Sequence record: OR896157.1
Reading direction: 5' to 3' (one strand)
DNA: 64,000 nucleotides
From: a phage
Position numbers and translations under genes: made by a program. The notes under the pieces are model-generated. The model was not told the origin of the DNA, did not search any database, and was given only the letters and a program-made list of their open reading frames with translations. Positions 62,000-64,000 of the stretch are shown here, piece after piece (positions within the stretch are counted from its first letter, which is position 1; each line of letters opens with the position of its first letter).

Positions 62000-64000
62000 C
62001 TGTAAAAGCACCTTCTGTTACAAGTCTCAGAATAACAAAACTATCTGCAAACCAAGTTCAAATTAAGTGGGATGACGTTGGTGCTAACTTCTTCTATTTT
62101 GTTGAACTTGCAGAGACTCGTAACCAAAACGGGGAGATTATACTCCCCGAAAATTATCAATGGAGAAATTTAGGCTATACTGCCGAAAATGAATTTTTCG
62201 AAGACAACTACATTCGTCCATTAAGTTATTATGTTATGCGTGTAGCTGTGGCTGCTGAAGGGTTTGAGCAATCAAATTGGAAAATGACTGAAGAATTTCA
62301 GACGTTTGAAACGAACGTTTATACGTTTGAAATGATGCGTCAGATGACTTTATCTAAGCAGTTCATTGAAGAAAAATTCACTAAAGATAACCAAGATTTT
62401 GTGAATTTTAACCGTGATACTATCATGGCATCTTTGATGGATGAAACATTCCAATTTTCTCCTGAATATCGCACGGCTTCTTCTGTTAACAATTTTATTC
62501 TTAAAGAAGATGAATACCATGAAATTCAAGGCGACATAGCTAAAATCTGTAAAGATAAAGAGCGTGTAATGCTTATGGAATCTGAGGGAGTTCTTTATCT
62601 CTTTGAAAGATTCCAGAATATCGTTAAAGTATCAAACGATAAAGGACAGACTTGGAAGGCCGTACGATTACTCAATGATCGCGTAGGGAACCCAGTATCA
62701 AAAAATGTATATTACCAAACGCGGAACACTACGTATCTCCTGGGATACGACAGGGTCTTCTACGGACGTAAGAGTAATGACATTCGTTGGTCGGCAGATG
62801 ACGTAAAATTTAGTTCACAGGATGTTACGTTTGCTAAAATTGGTGACCAACTTAAACTCGGATTTGATGTAGAAATTTTTGGTACTTATGCTCGGCTTCC
62901 ATTAGCAGTTCAGAAATATGCTGAAGCTATCACAGCAACAGATAGTATGATTTATGTTGCTGGTCGTGATGTTGTTTACAGAGCTAAGACTAGAAATGCT
63001 CCTATCGACCAAGACCCATTATCACCTACGTTTGGTGAAAAACTGTTCGATAATTGGACTTCAAGAATCACTGGTAATTCAAAAGCAGTTTGTCATAACT
63101 TAGTTTCCGTAGATGGTGTAACTTTAGCATTAATCACTGGTGAAGTTAGAAACGAATTAGACGATCGTACTATTCCAGATAATGTTATCGATTCAGAATC
63201 TAAAGGTGTTTATCTTTTAGAAGGGGATAACTGGGTAAGAGTCTTTGGAAACACTGCAGAAGAACGTAGACGTATAGAACATGGTTATACTTCAATGTCT
63301 ACTAATGGAACTGATATTTTCTTCAGTTCAAGTAACTTTAAGTTTCTGGACTCTAATGTGGTACCAGACCCAGAAACAACTGCAAAATATGGTCTTTTAG
63401 GCGCTGTTAAGTATGAATTCACAAGAGAATGGTTGTCTGACAAACATTATCATATGATGAGTTTCAGAACCAATTCTAAGAGCGGATTTAAAACTTTTGT
63501 TCCAGGCGCGATGAATTACTACGCTGAACCATTCTTTAACTGGTCTCGTAAATCAAAAACTCGTTGCTGGATTGACACATCATACAGAATTGCGGTTGTT
63601 TATTCTGATATCACTCACTCTAAAGTCATTGATATTAATGGCTCGGGTTCTCCTGACCGAGTGTTGCATGAATACTGGGATAAAGGCACTTGTACAGTAA
63701 CAAGTCCTAACATTCAGTTTGACAATTTCACAAAATATGCTTCTGGTATTTTATTCCACAAAATGTCAGGTGAAATCATTTCATACTTCGAATTTGATTA
63801 TCGAGTTCGTGATGAAGTGTCTATCATATGGAAACCATCTGAAATTTTCTTAAAAGCATATCTTCAGAACCAAGAAAGAGTTGTTCCTTGGACTCCAGAC
63901 AATCGTGACGGACTTAAAGACCCTGATTTGCGTCCATTACTGAATACAATGATGCCAGATAGCTATTTGTTAGAAGAAAGCAACTTTGAGGCTTTCTGCG
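61996..64000 (+). CDS. 7: baseplate wedge protein gp7 (5' partial, continues beyond window)
   Basis: ATG overlapping gp6 stop (ATGA); open frame to the window end, not in the ORF track because it lacks a stop. Confidence 0.85.
   Translation, partial: MTVKAPSVTSLRITKLSANQVQIKWDDVGANFFYFVELAETRNQNGEIILPENYQWRNLGYTAENEFFEDNYIRPLSYYVMRVAVAAEGFEQSNWKMTEEFQTFETNVYTFEMMRQMTLSKQFIEEKFTKDNQDFVNFNRDTIMASLMDETFQFSPEYRTASSVNNFILKEDEYHEIQGDIAKICKDKERVMLMESEGVLYLFERFQNIVKVSNDKGQTWKAVRLLNDRVGNPVSKNVYYQTRNTTYLLGYDRVFYGRKSNDIRWSADDVKFSSQDVTFAKIGDQLKLGFDVEIFGTYARLPLAVQKYAEAITATDSMIYVAGRDVVYRAKTRNAPIDQDPLSPTFGEKLFDNWTSRITGNSKAVCHNLVSVDGVTLALITGEVRNELDDRTIPDNVIDSESKGVYLLEGDNWVRVFGNTAEERRRIEHGYTSMSTNGTDIFFSSSNFKFLDSNVVPDPETTAKYGLLGAVKYEFTREWLSDKHYHMMSFRTNSKSGFKTFVPGAMNYYAEPFFNWSRKSKTRCWIDTSYRIAVVYSDITHSKVIDINGSGSPDRVLHEYWDKGTCTVTSPNIQFDNFTKYASGILFHKMSGEIISYFEFDYRVRDEVSIIWKPSEIFLKAYLQNQERVVPWTPDNRDGLKDPDLRPLLNTMMPDSYLLEESNFEAFC

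Overview
This window is a contiguous segment of a T4-like (T-even type) myovirus genome, collinear with the phage T4 map from gene 42 to gene 7. All calls rest on by-eye comparison with remembered T4 and E. coli proteins and manual RNA folding; no search or folding program was run, and tRNA ends and anticodons are +/-2 nt. About 56 kb is a densely packed minus-strand early/middle block: dCMP hydroxymethylase (42), DNA polymerase (43), RegA, clamp loader and clamp (62/44/45), 46/47, sigma factor gp55, anaerobic RNR NrdD/NrdG, endonuclease VII, NrdC, RI, thymidine kinase, RegB, a host-like GrcA, lysozyme e, NudE, three internal head proteins, 57B/57A and genes 1, 3, 2, 4. The last 7 kb is the plus-strand late baseplate cluster 53, 5, 5.1, 5.4, 6 and the start of 7. 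Two minus-strand tRNA blocks carry about 20 tRNA genes, several with unusual architecture. Many T4-type early promoters (GTTTAC-N18-TAnTAT) and GC-rich hairpin terminators punctuate the early block. No single complete novel system could be demonstrated. The strongest leads are a GC-rich structured non-coding island, a tandem family of small membrane proteins sharing a C-terminal FIxxCR motif, two ADP-ribose-processing genes (macro domain and NADAR-like), a nucleotidyltransferase-fold protein, and split glutaredoxin and small-gene reading frames.
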